NCBI GenBank assembly: GCA_028717685.1
Contig: JAQUNI010000004.1
Coordinates: 8,599 to 72,598 of the forward strand
From: Patescibacteria group bacterium
Lineage (GTDB): Bacteria; Patescibacteriota; JAQUNI01
Direction of reading: 5' to 3'
DNA length: 64,000 nt
This document shows, piece after piece, positions 29,367 to 39,090 of the stretch. A program made the translations under genes and the position numbers. The notes beneath the pieces were generated by a model. The model saw nothing but the letters and a program-made list of their open reading frames with translations. It had not been told where the DNA came from and did no database searches. Position 1 is the first letter of the stretch. The number at the start of each line of letters is the position of its first letter.

Positions 29367-29981
29367 TTAAAACATTAAAAGAGCGAAACTTTTAAAATGT
29401 TGATCTCTGCTTTTAATAACTTCAATTTCAAGATCAGCGGCGCGGACTGTCGCGTAGACATCAATCCCGCAACTTTCCATTGAAGGTCTAAGCTTTTCCG
29501 GGTGGCGGCATAATCTGGTATCAGCTATTGTGGCGTGTTCTATTTCCGCGGCTACGCATTTCTCACAAAGCCTGCAGGGTCCTCCCGCGTAAGAAAATGC
29601 CTTGTAATTACCAGCCAAAAAAGCCCTTTTTTCTAATTCAAGCATCACTTGCCGCGCTTGCTCTTGCCCTTCTCTGCTTGATAGGTTTGCAAATTCAAAC
29701 AATACAACGTTCTGATAGCAAGGGAGGATTAAATTCGTTTCCGCGTGCGTAGGGGTAAAGGGGGGACAGTTAAAGTGTTTGCCGAATTCAGGACATCCAA
29801 ATTGGCATTTTTGGCTCACCCAAGGCGCGACAACAATCTTTTTTATGGTTATGACTCGGATTGAGCCTTCATTTTCCGCGGCAATCGTTTTTAGAGTCTT
29901 GACTGCGGTTGCTCCGTTTTCTTCGGCGTATTTCGCCAGCTCGTTTATCATATCTTTCGGGTTGCAATCTGTTGCTTTCAT
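29367..29981 (-). CDS. DUF2284 metal-binding protein
   Basis: KCQFGC..G...NCPP, GPCRLCEKC, CRHP...RPSMESCGIDV. Confidence 0.88.
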   Translation of the reverse strand: MKATDCNPKDMINELAKYAEENGATAVKTLKTIAAENEGSIRVITIKKIVVAPWVSQKCQFGCPEFGKHFNCPPFTPTHAETNLILPCYQNVVLFEFANLSSREGQEQARQVMLELEKRAFLAGNYKAFSYAGGPCRLCEKCVAAEIEHATIADTRLCRHPEKLRPSMESCGIDVYATVRAADLEIEVIKSRDQHFKSFALLMF

Positions 29982-30411
29982 GCGGCGGTCTCCTTTCTTT
30001 TGAAATTTTAGTTTTCAGCCATTACAGTGATTACGGATAATAAATAACATAGTGAGCTTTATATGCCCTTGCCTTCCAGCCGGGACCATTGAATCAATGA
30101 ATTAATGTCTAGTAAAAAGAACGTTATAGATAATTCTGCATTATTTGTTTGGAAAAGTCAACAATCTTTTAATGAAGATTAACACTTTCTGCCAGAAAAA
30201 CAAACTAAATTGCTCGCCATACTCTTTCAATTAGTTATCATTGCGGGACAGGATTAATTTATCATATTTTACCCTAATTCACTATTTATCATATATATTA
30301 TATTTTTTACAAAAAGTGGAATTGACACCGTTTTTGCGACGCGCTATGCCAAACAAAAAAGCGCGTACCGATAAAATAGAAGGTAAGCGCCTGTAAAGTA
30401 TCACATTTTTC

Positions 30412-31383
30412 TTATAGTTCTTGAGCAGTCCGACCGCAGACTATGCCTAGCGCTAATGCCATATAGCTTTCGAGAATCATGATTTCGGAGTAATTAGAGA
30501 TCCCAAATGTTACCGGAAGCTCTAATGTTTCAACAGCGGCGTGGTAAAAAAAGTAAATTAATGCCGCCGCTCCGAAATACCACGCGCACGATTCTTTCGC
30601 AAAGATTTCACGAAATTCTGTTAGGCGGGAAAGGACTATGCCGAAGAACACCATAATCAAAAAAATGGGAATAATAATTGGGTGATGGACCCAGTATGGA
30701 TGGCTAATTTGACCGTGCAGCTGCGGCTCAATGACATAGGTGAGAATAATCGCCGTGAGCAATGCTAAATACCGCGGCTGATAGCTTGACGCAATCTCCG
30801 CTATAAACATAAAGACCACCGCGAAAATAATAGAGGCGACCGCTGTCTCTATAAACGCGATCCGACTTATTACCCAGGTTGCATCAAACCAATGCCAGTT
30901 GCCATCGTTGGGCACCCCAGAAAAAAAGAGCGAACCAAAGATAACCGTGCCGACCAATAATCCCACAAAAAAGAAAACGATTGGATTCCACGCCCGGCAT
31001 AAGGCAAGAAGACCCCAAAAAATAAGAAATAATATACCGAGTACGACCGCGGTGAACAGCGATGAAATAATTACTTCAGGGTCTCGCAGATTAAAAAGTT
31101 CGAGAGCAATATACCCACAGATTCCAATCAAACTCCATTTAAGAATAGTACGCACTCGCCTTTTTGAAATTTGGACAAGCCGTCCTACCACAAAGCCGGG
31201 AATGGCGCAAAACGCGAAAAGAAAAGGATCCAAGAAAAGATTCACGAACGCAAATCCCGCTAAAAGATACAAGTGCCACCGTTTGCCGGATTTTTGTCGG
31301 ACAACCACGCCAACAATTAAAAAGAGAAAAAAGTAAATCGGGATATTGAGCAGAAGAAACGCAATACCAAGCACAATGTCCAT
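30412..31383 (-). CDS. polytopic membrane protein of unknown function
   Basis: about 10 hydrophobic segments, SD AAAGGA. Confidence 0.7.
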   Translation of the reverse strand: MDIVLGIAFLLLNIPIYFFLFLIVGVVVRQKSGKRWHLYLLAGFAFVNLFLDPFLFAFCAIPGFVVGRLVQISKRRVRTILKWSLIGICGYIALELFNLRDPEVIISSLFTAVVLGILFLIFWGLLALCRAWNPIVFFFVGLLVGTVIFGSLFFSGVPNDGNWHWFDATWVISRIAFIETAVASIIFAVVFMFIAEIASSYQPRYLALLTAIILTYVIEPQLHGQISHPYWVHHPIIIPIFLIMVFFGIVLSRLTEFREIFAKESCAWYFGAAALIYFFYHAAVETLELPVTFGISNYSEIMILESYMALALGIVCGRTAQEL

Positions 31384-31528
31384 TATATACCATCCTTTCT
31401 GTTGAGAACTGATTAATATCTATTGCCGTGTATCTTATGCGGCTTTATACTGTAGCAGGGAGAGCGCTAAAGGGCAAGATTGCTGTCTTGCTTTAGGCGA
31501 AATTTTGGGGTCATATAATGCACCCTTT

Positions 31529-31559
31529 ACCCCGTTAGAAATAAATTTTTAGACGGGGT
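31529..31559. repeat. ACCCCGTTAGAAA...ACGGGGT palindrome
   Basis: inverted termini; related partial copies near 32497-32530, 33777-33800, 35702-35731. Confidence 0.65.
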
Positions 31560-32471
31560 TTATTTTATTTTAAAAATAATCGCCGTGGGCAAAAGCCTGC
31601 CTGGTCCCACTTTGTAAGCATTGTTCCAGTATAAAGCGGAGGAACCGCCGCCGTCTAAATTGAGGGCTGTAGTCACGCCGAGCGCTTCCATCACACTCGC
31701 CATATCCGGCACGGTCGCTCCCCGCGCGATCACCAAGGAGACGACTTTGCCTTTCACGCCAATCGCTCCGCGGTAACCCTTGGTATTCTTTTGTTTATCA
31801 TCCATTTTTTGCGTTGCGACAATGTTTTTGCCTTGAAAAATCAAAGTGGGAGAATTGGAAAGCAGCGCCTGCGCCTTAACACCATATTTATTTTCAAATT
31901 CAGTTAATCCCTTAAATTCCCGTCCATCCACAAAATAATAATGATTGTAATTTTGATCAAAAACTAAAATTGAACCTTGCAGCCATTTGATCTGTCCGCT
32001 ATTCATTAAAAATTTCCCGCGCGTATTATAAAAAGGATAGAAATAATAATTTATTTTTCCCTTGCAAGAGGCATAATCCGGCGGGCAAAAATAAGCGCCA
32101 TGCATGCCAGCAAAACCCTGGTTAACACTGATATAATCTTTTAAAGAACGCGCGGGACAATTATTCCAGCAGTCTCCACCGGCGGCGGTTTCAGTCAACA
32201 TATCAATCTTGTTTTTCCCTAAATCAATCACCGCTAAATCAATATTAAAAGTGCCGCGCTTGGTCTGGATATTTTTACGGGTATAAGAGGTAATGCCAGA
32301 GGGCGGAGAAAATGAAGCCATCCGCAGCGCCTGAAATTCCAGATCGGGAATGTCTTTAGAGTAAGACATAATTAAAACAGCCGTGATCAATGCCAAAAAC
32401 GCGATAATCCCCAGAAAAAGCAAACTTGTAACATTAAATTTTTTTGGATTTTTTTTGGTTGATTGAGGCAT
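31560..32471 (-). CDS. phosphodiester glycosidase (NAGPA-like) family protein
   Basis: N-terminal TM, RGAIG, ALNLDGGGSS. Confidence 0.85.
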   Translation of the reverse strand: MPQSTKKNPKKFNVTSLLFLGIIAFLALITAVLIMSYSKDIPDLEFQALRMASFSPPSGITSYTRKNIQTKRGTFNIDLAVIDLGKNKIDMLTETAAGGDCWNNCPARSLKDYISVNQGFAGMHGAYFCPPDYASCKGKINYYFYPFYNTRGKFLMNSGQIKWLQGSILVFDQNYNHYYFVDGREFKGLTEFENKYGVKAQALLSNSPTLIFQGKNIVATQKMDDKQKNTKGYRGAIGVKGKVVSLVIARGATVPDMASVMEALGVTTALNLDGGGSSALYWNNAYKVGPGRLLPTAIIFKIK

Positions 32472-32664
32472 GTTGGAGTAGATTTTTAAATTCTAAAGAA
32501 AATTTTTACGGGGACGGGCTTGTTGAGGTTGACGAAAAAGAGAGACTTAAATTTGACAATAATGTATCTTTGTGCTTAGATATAGTTAGTAAACCGTTGT
32601 TTAATTCAATGTATTGAAAGTTCTTTACAGGTTGATCTAGCCTATATAACCAAAAAGAGGAGAT

Positions 32665-33102
32665 TTGAAAATGCCACAACAAGGCTCTGAAGAAAAAAAG
32701 TCAGATATTTCTTTGCACTTGGATCAGCAAGCGCCACAATTCAAGGCGGCGATAGAGGCAATCAGTGATTCATACCAGAATCGATTGGATGCGTTGAGAG
32801 AATATAAAATTTTTTTTGAAGGGATTTATACAGGTTATAGCGTTCAAGATTATACAAGGGATATTGAAAACGGGAACAGGCAATATTATGGAGAACGATT
32901 AAGGAAAGCAAGATTAGCGATCACAGGCTATCTCAAGGGTATTGGACTTGGCTCCTCCATTGATCTTAAAGACATCCCTGACGAAGAAGCTGTTATTCAG
33001 ATAAGAGGGATTTTTGATAACTGGTATGTTAAAGAAGTGGCATCCTTGCAGAAGAGTCTTAAGGAAGATTTAGACAAATTGATCGATCGGATGAAAGCTT
33101 AA
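32665..33102 (+). CDS. hypothetical protein
   Basis: 145 aa ORF with SD AGAGGAG, upstream TTGACA, downstream terminator at 33138-33165. Confidence 0.7.
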   Translation: MKMPQQGSEEKKSDISLHLDQQAPQFKAAIEAISDSYQNRLDALREYKIFFEGIYTGYSVQDYTRDIENGNRQYYGERLRKARLAITGYLKGIGLGSSIDLKDIPDEEAVIQIRGIFDNWYVKEVASLQKSLKEDLDKLIDRMKA

Positions 33103-33241
33103 AAAATTGCACGGGATCAAAAAACCAGAGATCCACAGAGACGCAAAATTTTGCGCCTCTTTTTTAAATTTTTGAAGTTTGGGGGTCAAGTCATAATTCA
33201 AGACCTGAACCAAAATTTTTTATTTTGATCTATTCCATACG

Positions 33242-33332
33242 ATGACTATTCTCCCACCCCCTCCCCGCCCGCCTCGCCTGAAGCGAAGCGATGGCGGGCA
33301 GGCATCTCCCCCTCGGGCAGGGGGAGTGAGTT
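33242..33332. repeat. family A repeat carrying the 39-nt family B insert
   Basis: insert 33265-33303 CCGCCCGCCTCGCCTGAAGCGAAGCGATGGCGGGCAGGC. Confidence 0.85.
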
Positions 33333-33347
33333 CTGTAATTCTGTGAT

Positions 33348-33743
33348 TCATTGCGGAGTTTTTCGCCTTCTCGCTTCGGCTTGGCGCACCTCCAGTTCGC
33401 TCATTCCGAAATGATGGGCGATTTCGTGCCAGACGGTATTTTTCACCATTTCTTTAATATCTTTCTCATTGCGAGCCGCCATTTCAATCGGCTTTTGAAA
33501 AATAGTTATTTTATCAGGAAGCACCGCGCTGTAGTTTATTCCCCGCCTTGCCTGCGGCACACCTTCATATAAGCCGAATAGTGTCCAGTTGGGATGGATG
33601 TTTAGTTTCTTTTTTTGGGCTGATGTCGGTTCCGCTTCAATAACGATCGCCACATTATCTAATTTCCGTAAAAATCTTTCCGGAATTGCCTTTATTCCTT
33701 CTTTTACAATTTTTTCAAACCCTGGACGATTTAACTTTCGCAT
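33348..33743 (-). CDS. zincin-like metallopeptidase (Zincin_1)
   Basis: LFGLYEGVP, PDKITIFQ, HEIAHHFG. Confidence 0.9.
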   Translation of the reverse strand: MRKLNRPGFEKIVKEGIKAIPERFLRKLDNVAIVIEAEPTSAQKKKLNIHPNWTLFGLYEGVPQARRGINYSAVLPDKITIFQKPIEMAARNEKDIKEMVKNTVWHEIAHHFGMSELEVRQAEARRRKTPQ

Positions 33744-33815
33744 AGATTATTTAGAACAACGCTCCGGTTAAATTTTAAAGAAAATTTTTACAGGGGCGCG
33801 CTAAATATAGTTGCT

Positions 33816-34430
33816 TCACTCACTTGGGATTATTTGAAAGGTGGCTAGGATTTGATCTCTTAAAGAATCTTCAATGCCGGAACTAACGGAAAGGTCAAAA
33901 ATATATTGGTGCGTGTTGTTAGGCAATGGATTCCCGGCAGTAAAAACATATCGGATCGCATACCCTTCTGTTTCGCGGGGAGTGGCGACCAGCGCTTCAT
34001 ATCCCGCGATTTCTTGATTGCCGGTTACCTCAAAATATTTGCCTGCTTCGCTAAACCATTCCTCGGCGGTTAAGCCGCCTTGGTTATATAGATATTTGAT
34101 TGTAATTATTTGCGGAAAACAATAACCCTCAACAATATCTTCAGGGCAGCTATTTGGAACTTCAAGGGTAACTTGGTGGGTCACCCCGCTTTGGGTGTCC
34201 GAGATTAAAGTAAAATTGCTCGGCACGCGGATGGAAAATAAATTTTGGGGATCTTGATAGGTTTGCCATTCTTCTTCGCCTGCAGGGCTTGGGTTAGGCG
34301 CTGGACTTGGCGACGGTAGCGCTGGATTATTACTCTTCTTTTGAATAATACAGCCGCTAAAAATCACCACCCATACTATTGGGATTAACAATAGAGTGAT
34401 GAGCTGAATGTTTTTTTTGATTTTGGGCAT
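33816..34430 (-). CDS. lipoprotein, PsbP-like
   Basis: FSGC lipobox, Pro-rich linker, WQTY...FSIRVP, QILATF. Confidence 0.7.
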   Translation of the reverse strand: MPKIKKNIQLITLLLIPIVWVVIFSGCIIQKKSNNPALPSPSPAPNPSPAGEEEWQTYQDPQNLFSIRVPSNFTLISDTQSGVTHQVTLEVPNSCPEDIVEGYCFPQIITIKYLYNQGGLTAEEWFSEAGKYFEVTGNQEIAGYEALVATPRETEGYAIRYVFTAGNPLPNNTHQYIFDLSVSSGIEDSLRDQILATFQIIPSE

Positions 34431-34514
34431 AGTTTTATTTTTTCAGCCCTAGGTCGTTCATACTCTGACGAGTCTTCAGACTCGAAGAGCTGATCCGCCT
34501 TGGGCGGAAATTCT

Positions 34515-35078
34515 TTATCTTAAATTTTTTGGTCTTTTATTTTTCAAAAGGAGACAAATATAGGACTTTTTTTTATTCCTATGCCATCTTATCAATTGCT
34601 TCAACATTTCTCTTCCATTTTTGAAAGCAATATTTTTCGGCAACTTGGAAATTTCAAACCATCGCAGTTCTTCAATATCATCACCTGGTTTTAGTTTTCC
34701 GCCAGTAACTGTTGCCGTATAGCATATGTTCATGGTCGGGAACGAGCCGTCATAAACGTCCATAAAAAATCCTATCATATCTGTGGGTTCAACTTTAAGA
34801 CCGGTTTCTTCACGGACTTCTCTCTTCATGCCTTTTTCGGGATGCTCTCCCGGCTCTAAAAATCCTCCAATAACATCCCACATGCCTTTTGAAGGATCTA
34901 TTTTTCTTTTTCCTAACAAAACTTTATCTCCGTCCAAAATCAAGGCGCTTGAAGTGGGTTTTGAGTTTTGGTGGAAAATGAACTTACATTTCCATTTCAA
35001 ACATTGCAATCTGGAGCGTCCGCCTATTATTTTTTCGGTTAGCAAATCTCCGCACTTTGGGCAATATTTATACAACAT
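34515..35078 (-). CDS. zinc-ribbon NUDIX hydrolase
   Basis: YCPKCG..C..C, GGFLEPGE..REVREETGL. Confidence 0.9.
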   Translation of the reverse strand: MLYKYCPKCGDLLTEKIIGGRSRLQCLKWKCKFIFHQNSKPTSSALILDGDKVLLGKRKIDPSKGMWDVIGGFLEPGEHPEKGMKREVREETGLKVEPTDMIGFFMDVYDGSFPTMNICYTATVTGGKLKPGDDIEELRWFEISKLPKNIAFKNGREMLKQLIRWHRNKKKSYICLLLKNKRPKNLR

Positions 35079-35085
35079 TTCCCTG

Positions 35086-35667
35086 TTATTTTAATAGATT
35101 TTTTGATTTAGAATAAATTTCTTCCAGCTCTTTTATTATATCGTTATTTAACCTTCCTTTCAAAATTTTTAGAACCTCCCCGTAGTAACACATTTTTTTA
35201 TCTATTGGCGCATTAAAGTTATCAAATAGTTTTTCACCCTGTTCTTTATATGCTTCTGTTATAGACTTTAAATTATGAATTTTGTCTGCCGCGCAAACCA
35301 TCATTGCTTCAAAGCTATCGTTTTTTAAATTATCAAGATACTCCTTCTTTCTTTGCTCCCACGTCGCTTTTGCTTTTTCTGGGCTATCTTCTGGGTCTTT
35401 ATTTTCCGAAACCTCTTTTACTATTTGGGCTATTTTATCACCAAAATCTCTTTTTATATCTTCCATCGTACAACCCGGAACATCTTCTAAAACATCGTGT
35501 AACAACCCGGCAACAATTATATTTTCATCGTCTGTATAGTTTGTTAAAATAAAAGCAACGGAATAAGGATGAGTAATATAAGGCACATTCGCGTCTTTCC
35601 TTTTTTGTCCGAAATGAAGCACGCTTGATTTTACAATAGCTCTTTGAATTTTTGGCGTTAGCTTCAT
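35086..35667 (-). CDS. HD-domain small alarmone hydrolase (Mesh1/SpoT-HD-like)
   Basis: H.GQKRK...PYITHP, LLHDVLED, ADKIHN. Confidence 0.88.
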   Translation of the reverse strand: MKLTPKIQRAIVKSSVLHFGQKRKDANVPYITHPYSVAFILTNYTDDENIIVAGLLHDVLEDVPGCTMEDIKRDFGDKIAQIVKEVSENKDPEDSPEKAKATWEQRKKEYLDNLKNDSFEAMMVCAADKIHNLKSITEAYKEQGEKLFDNFNAPIDKKMCYYGEVLKILKGRLNNDIIKELEEIYSKSKNLLK

Positions 35668-35743
35668 ATTTTAAAAATATTCTATTTAAACCAGTTTCAA
35701 ATTTTTCCGAGGGCGCGCTTGATGGAGTTAACCCTATTTTTTT

Positions 35744-36052
35744 CTACTTTATCATTACTAAAAGCATTTTAAATCTTTTTAGCGCTTTTAAGGAATGGGG
35801 TTTATGGGCAGGAAGTTTAATTATTTGCCCTTCAATAAGCGTGTATGCTGTTTTTTCAATTTTAATTTGCGCTTCACCGTCTATAATATAAGCCAGCACA
35901 TTAAACGGGGCTGTGTGTTCGCTTAGCCCTTGACCTGCGCCAAAAGCAAAAATTGTTACTGTGCCATTTTTTGTTTTTAAAATTTCTTTGCTCACTACCG
36001 AACCTTGTTGATATTCAATATGTTCTTTCAATGTGATTATTTCTTTTTGCAT
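35744..36052 (-). CDS. cupin domain protein
   Basis: FAF..GQGLSEHTAP, PA.KPHSL. Confidence 0.9.
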   Translation of the reverse strand: MQKEIITLKEHIEYQQGSVVSKEILKTKNGTVTIFAFGAGQGLSEHTAPFNVLAYIIDGEAQIKIEKTAYTLIEGQIIKLPAHKPHSLKALKRFKMLLVMIK

Positions 36053-36082
36053 AATTTTTTTACAATTTTCTTATTGGGTAAT

Positions 36083-36400
36083 TTAAAAAAGTTTGGTGTT
36101 ATAAATCTCGCCAATATTGAGCGACTTAAATAAATCATCATTCAAGATTTTTTCTATTTTGGCCAACAATGTTTTATCATTAGAACTTATTAGTTGGGAT
36201 ACTTCTTTGCTTTGGTTGTCTATAGCATATATTTTCAGACTATCCGTGTTTAATTCGGCCTTTTCTAAAAATATTTTATTCAAACCAGTTTCAAACTTGT
36301 CCATATCCGAGAAACCTCCTCCAAAGCTATTAGAAAAATTTATAAGTCCTGCACGTTTTAAATCATATAAAGTTTTTGTTTTAGAAGATTGTAATTCCAT
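36083..36400 (-). CDS. hypothetical protein
   Basis: 105 aa ORF, co-oriented with the defence cluster. Confidence 0.5.
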   Translation of the reverse strand: MELQSSKTKTLYDLKRAGLINFSNSFGGGFSDMDKFETGLNKIFLEKAELNTDSLKIYAIDNQSKEVSQLISSNDKTLLAKIEKILNDDLFKSLNIGEIYNTKLF

Positions 36401-36472
36401 ATTTTTTAAGCTCTTTGAGCCGATCTATAATTGGTTGTTCGACCAATGAATTTTCGTTAATTTTAATCATAT

Positions 36473-37732
36473 TTATACCAATTCTAGTTCATCTTTATTC
36501 GGAGGAATAAATCCCTTTGGCAAATCTTTTAGAATATTTAAATGACTATAAATTCTATACCTTATTACTTGTGGTATTCTATGCCATTTTTCATAAAGTA
36601 GGTCATTTTCTTTAATATATTCTAAATAAAAGCTCTCAAAAATTTTCTTAAATTTTTTTTCACCTAAAAAAGAAATAGCAACTAATTCGGCTATTCCAGC
36701 CGTAAAAAAACATATTGTATAAAGGTTTCTTTCCAAAAATAAAAGCAATCCACCTTGCTTTAATTTGGCGAGAGTCTCAATTCCCTGATAATTACTCCAA
36801 ACTCTAAATTTATACAAAATATCTAGAATGGTAAAGATATCTTTATTATTTGCTTTTGAAAAAAAAGTTCTTTTAAGATCATTACGATATTCATTTTCTA
36901 ATTGATATATATTTTTATTGCCTCTCGGACATTGAGCATATTTAAACCGCCACTCTCTTTTATTAATATCTAAAAAACTTTTTTTGATCAATCCTTTTTT
37001 ATAACAAATATTAAATGGAAATTTTAATATTATTTTTGAATATTTAGATAGCTGATGTCTATTAAAATATATCGATGACTTTCTATGTTCTTCGGTTTTT
37101 AAGCTTGGATTCTCGGTGAAAACAAAGGAAGTAAAATAAGAATAAATAGAATAATAATATTTGATGATTTTCCAAGAAGGAAATAATGAAATTCCAGCAT
37201 CATCATCTATATAATCCAAACTACTGCCAATATTAAAATCCTGTGAAAAGGGATAACCTCCTGCTATTTCATTATACCAGCCTTGCATTAAATGAAACTT
37301 AAATTTAGTCTCTGAAAAATTTTTACCGACTAAAACATTTTTAAATTTTAAATGATTATAATCCAAATCTTTAATAAATAATTGATATAATGTGTCGATT
37401 TTATATCTTCTGCTTTTCATCATTTCACGATCAGCAAATCTCATTTTCAACATCCAAGCAAATCTATCTACAATATCATGATATGATAGATATCCTTCCA
37501 ATTCTGGGTGATATTCATATAAGAAGTGTTTCGGTCCACTTAATATTTCTTTTTGGTATTCTTTATTTGACGAAAGAAGGTTTAATCTCGGGTATTGATA
37601 TGTAGGGATTAAATATCTTTTATCCTTCCCTAATGTATAATCTAATAAATCTGATTTTATTAGTTGTTTTAAATAGCTTTCTTTAAGATTAAATTTCTCG
37701 GAAATAAATTTTAACGTTTTTAGTTCTGTCAT
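36473..37732 (-). CDS. hypothetical protein, HTH-like N-terminus plus HEPN-like motifs
   Basis: W.IIKYYYSIY and LYKFRVWSNY motifs; very AT-rich; adjacent to R-M genes. Confidence 0.6.
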   Translation of the reverse strand: MTELKTLKFISEKFNLKESYLKQLIKSDLLDYTLGKDKRYLIPTYQYPRLNLLSSNKEYQKEILSGPKHFLYEYHPELEGYLSYHDIVDRFAWMLKMRFADREMMKSRRYKIDTLYQLFIKDLDYNHLKFKNVLVGKNFSETKFKFHLMQGWYNEIAGGYPFSQDFNIGSSLDYIDDDAGISLFPSWKIIKYYYSIYSYFTSFVFTENPSLKTEEHRKSSIYFNRHQLSKYSKIILKFPFNICYKKGLIKKSFLDINKREWRFKYAQCPRGNKNIYQLENEYRNDLKRTFFSKANNKDIFTILDILYKFRVWSNYQGIETLAKLKQGGLLLFLERNLYTICFFTAGIAELVAISFLGEKKFKKIFESFYLEYIKENDLLYEKWHRIPQVIRYRIYSHLNILKDLPKGFIPPNKDELELV

Positions 37733-37866
37733 TTAAATAAAATGTCTTAGGGATTAACTTTATTTTTTTCACTCATTAACTTTGGTAAAAGTAGATCGCA
37801 AAGAAATGATAGAGTTTATCCGCCGCCGCCGAATTTCGCGCCAGCAAAAATGGCGTGTTGCCAGGA

Positions 37867-38307
37867 TTATTTTTTATAAACAACAAAATAAGGCAACTTA
37901 TCTAACCCAATATAATTAAACATCCAAAGTTCTCGGCCTGATTTTTTTATTGTAGTAAATCTTTTTCTCAAATTTACTTTTGGAATGAATGGATAAAATC
38001 TAATTTCTTGGCGTTTACCACCTTGCCCGTTCCATTTGAAATTTACTATTAATGGTGGGGTAATAAATCCTGATTTCAAAACTTTATCAATAATTTCCCA
38101 TCCCGCTCCAAAGATGATGGACTTTGGTTTGCATAGGTTTGTTTTTATTTGAGCGCGAAACGAACAAGCTGTACATTGCACGTCGTACAGAGGGTAGCTC
38201 TCCGGCAATAACATCAATTTTTTCTTACAATTTGGGCAAGATACTAAATTGACAACCTCCTGCTCTCCAAGATTGCCAGCATATTTGTTTCCGTGATTAT
38301 TTTTCAT
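37867..38307 (-). CDS. DpnI/Dam-replacing-family nuclease domain protein
   Basis: GEQ.V...CPNC...P.YDVQC..C...QIK; lacks the winged-helix C-domain. Confidence 0.65.
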   Translation of the reverse strand: MKNNHGNKYAGNLGEQEVVNLVSCPNCKKKLMLLPESYPLYDVQCTACSFRAQIKTNLCKPKSIIFGAGWEIIDKVLKSGFITPPLIVNFKWNGQGGKRQEIRFYPFIPKVNLRKRFTTIKKSGRELWMFNYIGLDKLPYFVVYKK

Positions 38308-38311
38308 AATT

Positions 38312-39088
38312 CTATGTAATAGTTTCCATCCTATGTTTAGCCATTTTAGAATACTTGGCATTTTTTTCTATCCCTATCCACTTTCTGCCTAATTTTTTTG
38401 CAACTACAGCTGTGGTGCCGCTACCTAAAAATGGGTCTAAAACCAGATCGCCTTTATTTGAGGACGCAACGATGATCCTTTTTAGCATCTCTTCCGGTTT
38501 CTGTGTTGGGTGTAATGCTCTACCATCCTTTCCATGTAATCTTTCTTTTCCTTGTACTAAAGGCAATGACCAAACATCCCTCATTTGTTTGAGTGCCCCA
38601 TTTTTCTGTGTTTCAGGGTTTATTTTTTTTAATTCGACATAGTTAAAAATCCATTTTTTACCCTTAACCGCCCAAACGACAAATTCTGTTGAGTGAGTAA
38701 AAACTCTTTTTGTCATATTGGGCATCGCGTTTGTTTTTTGCCAAACAATGACATTATTAATTTTGAAATCGAACTGTTTCAGTACAATGATCACCTCTGC
38801 AAGATTGTGGTAGGTGCAAGAAATATAGATTGAGCCATTATCTTTCAATATTTTGTGGCAAGCACCAATCCATTTTTTCGTAAACTGTATATATTCTGGG
38901 GCGGTCATTTTATCCCATTCTTCGTTCACCATATACCAATCACCGCCAGTTTTATTTCCTTCCCATTTAAGACCATTGCCCGAAAGATTGTAGGGCGGAT
39001 CGGCAAAAATCAACTCAACTGACTTTTTATCAATTTTTTCATTCAATATTTTTATGCAATCGTCAGTGTAAATAGTGTTGAGCTTCAT
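38312..39088 (-). CDS. beta-class amino DNA methyltransferase (DpnA/CcrM-like)
   Basis: [27 protein letters not shown]. Confidence 0.92.
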   Translation of the reverse strand: MKLNTIYTDDCIKILNEKIDKKSVELIFADPPYNLSGNGLKWEGNKTGGDWYMVNEEWDKMTAPEYIQFTKKWIGACHKILKDNGSIYISCTYHNLAEVIIVLKQFDFKINNVIVWQKTNAMPNMTKRVFTHSTEFVVWAVKGKKWIFNYVELKKINPETQKNGALKQMRDVWSLPLVQGKERLHGKDGRALHPTQKPEEMLKRIIVASSNKGDLVLDPFLGSGTTAVVAKKLGRKWIGIEKNAKYSKMAKHRMETIT

Positions 39089-39090
39089 AA

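Noticed and set aside
30040-30110. ZTP/other riboswitch in the DUF2284 leader
   Set aside because: GGTCCCGGCTGG only loosely resembles the 5' motif, and the 3' CGCCTGGG pseudoknot element is absent.
37810-37866. Integron attC site
   Set aside because: No paired RYYYAAC/GTTRRRY ends and no integrase in the window.
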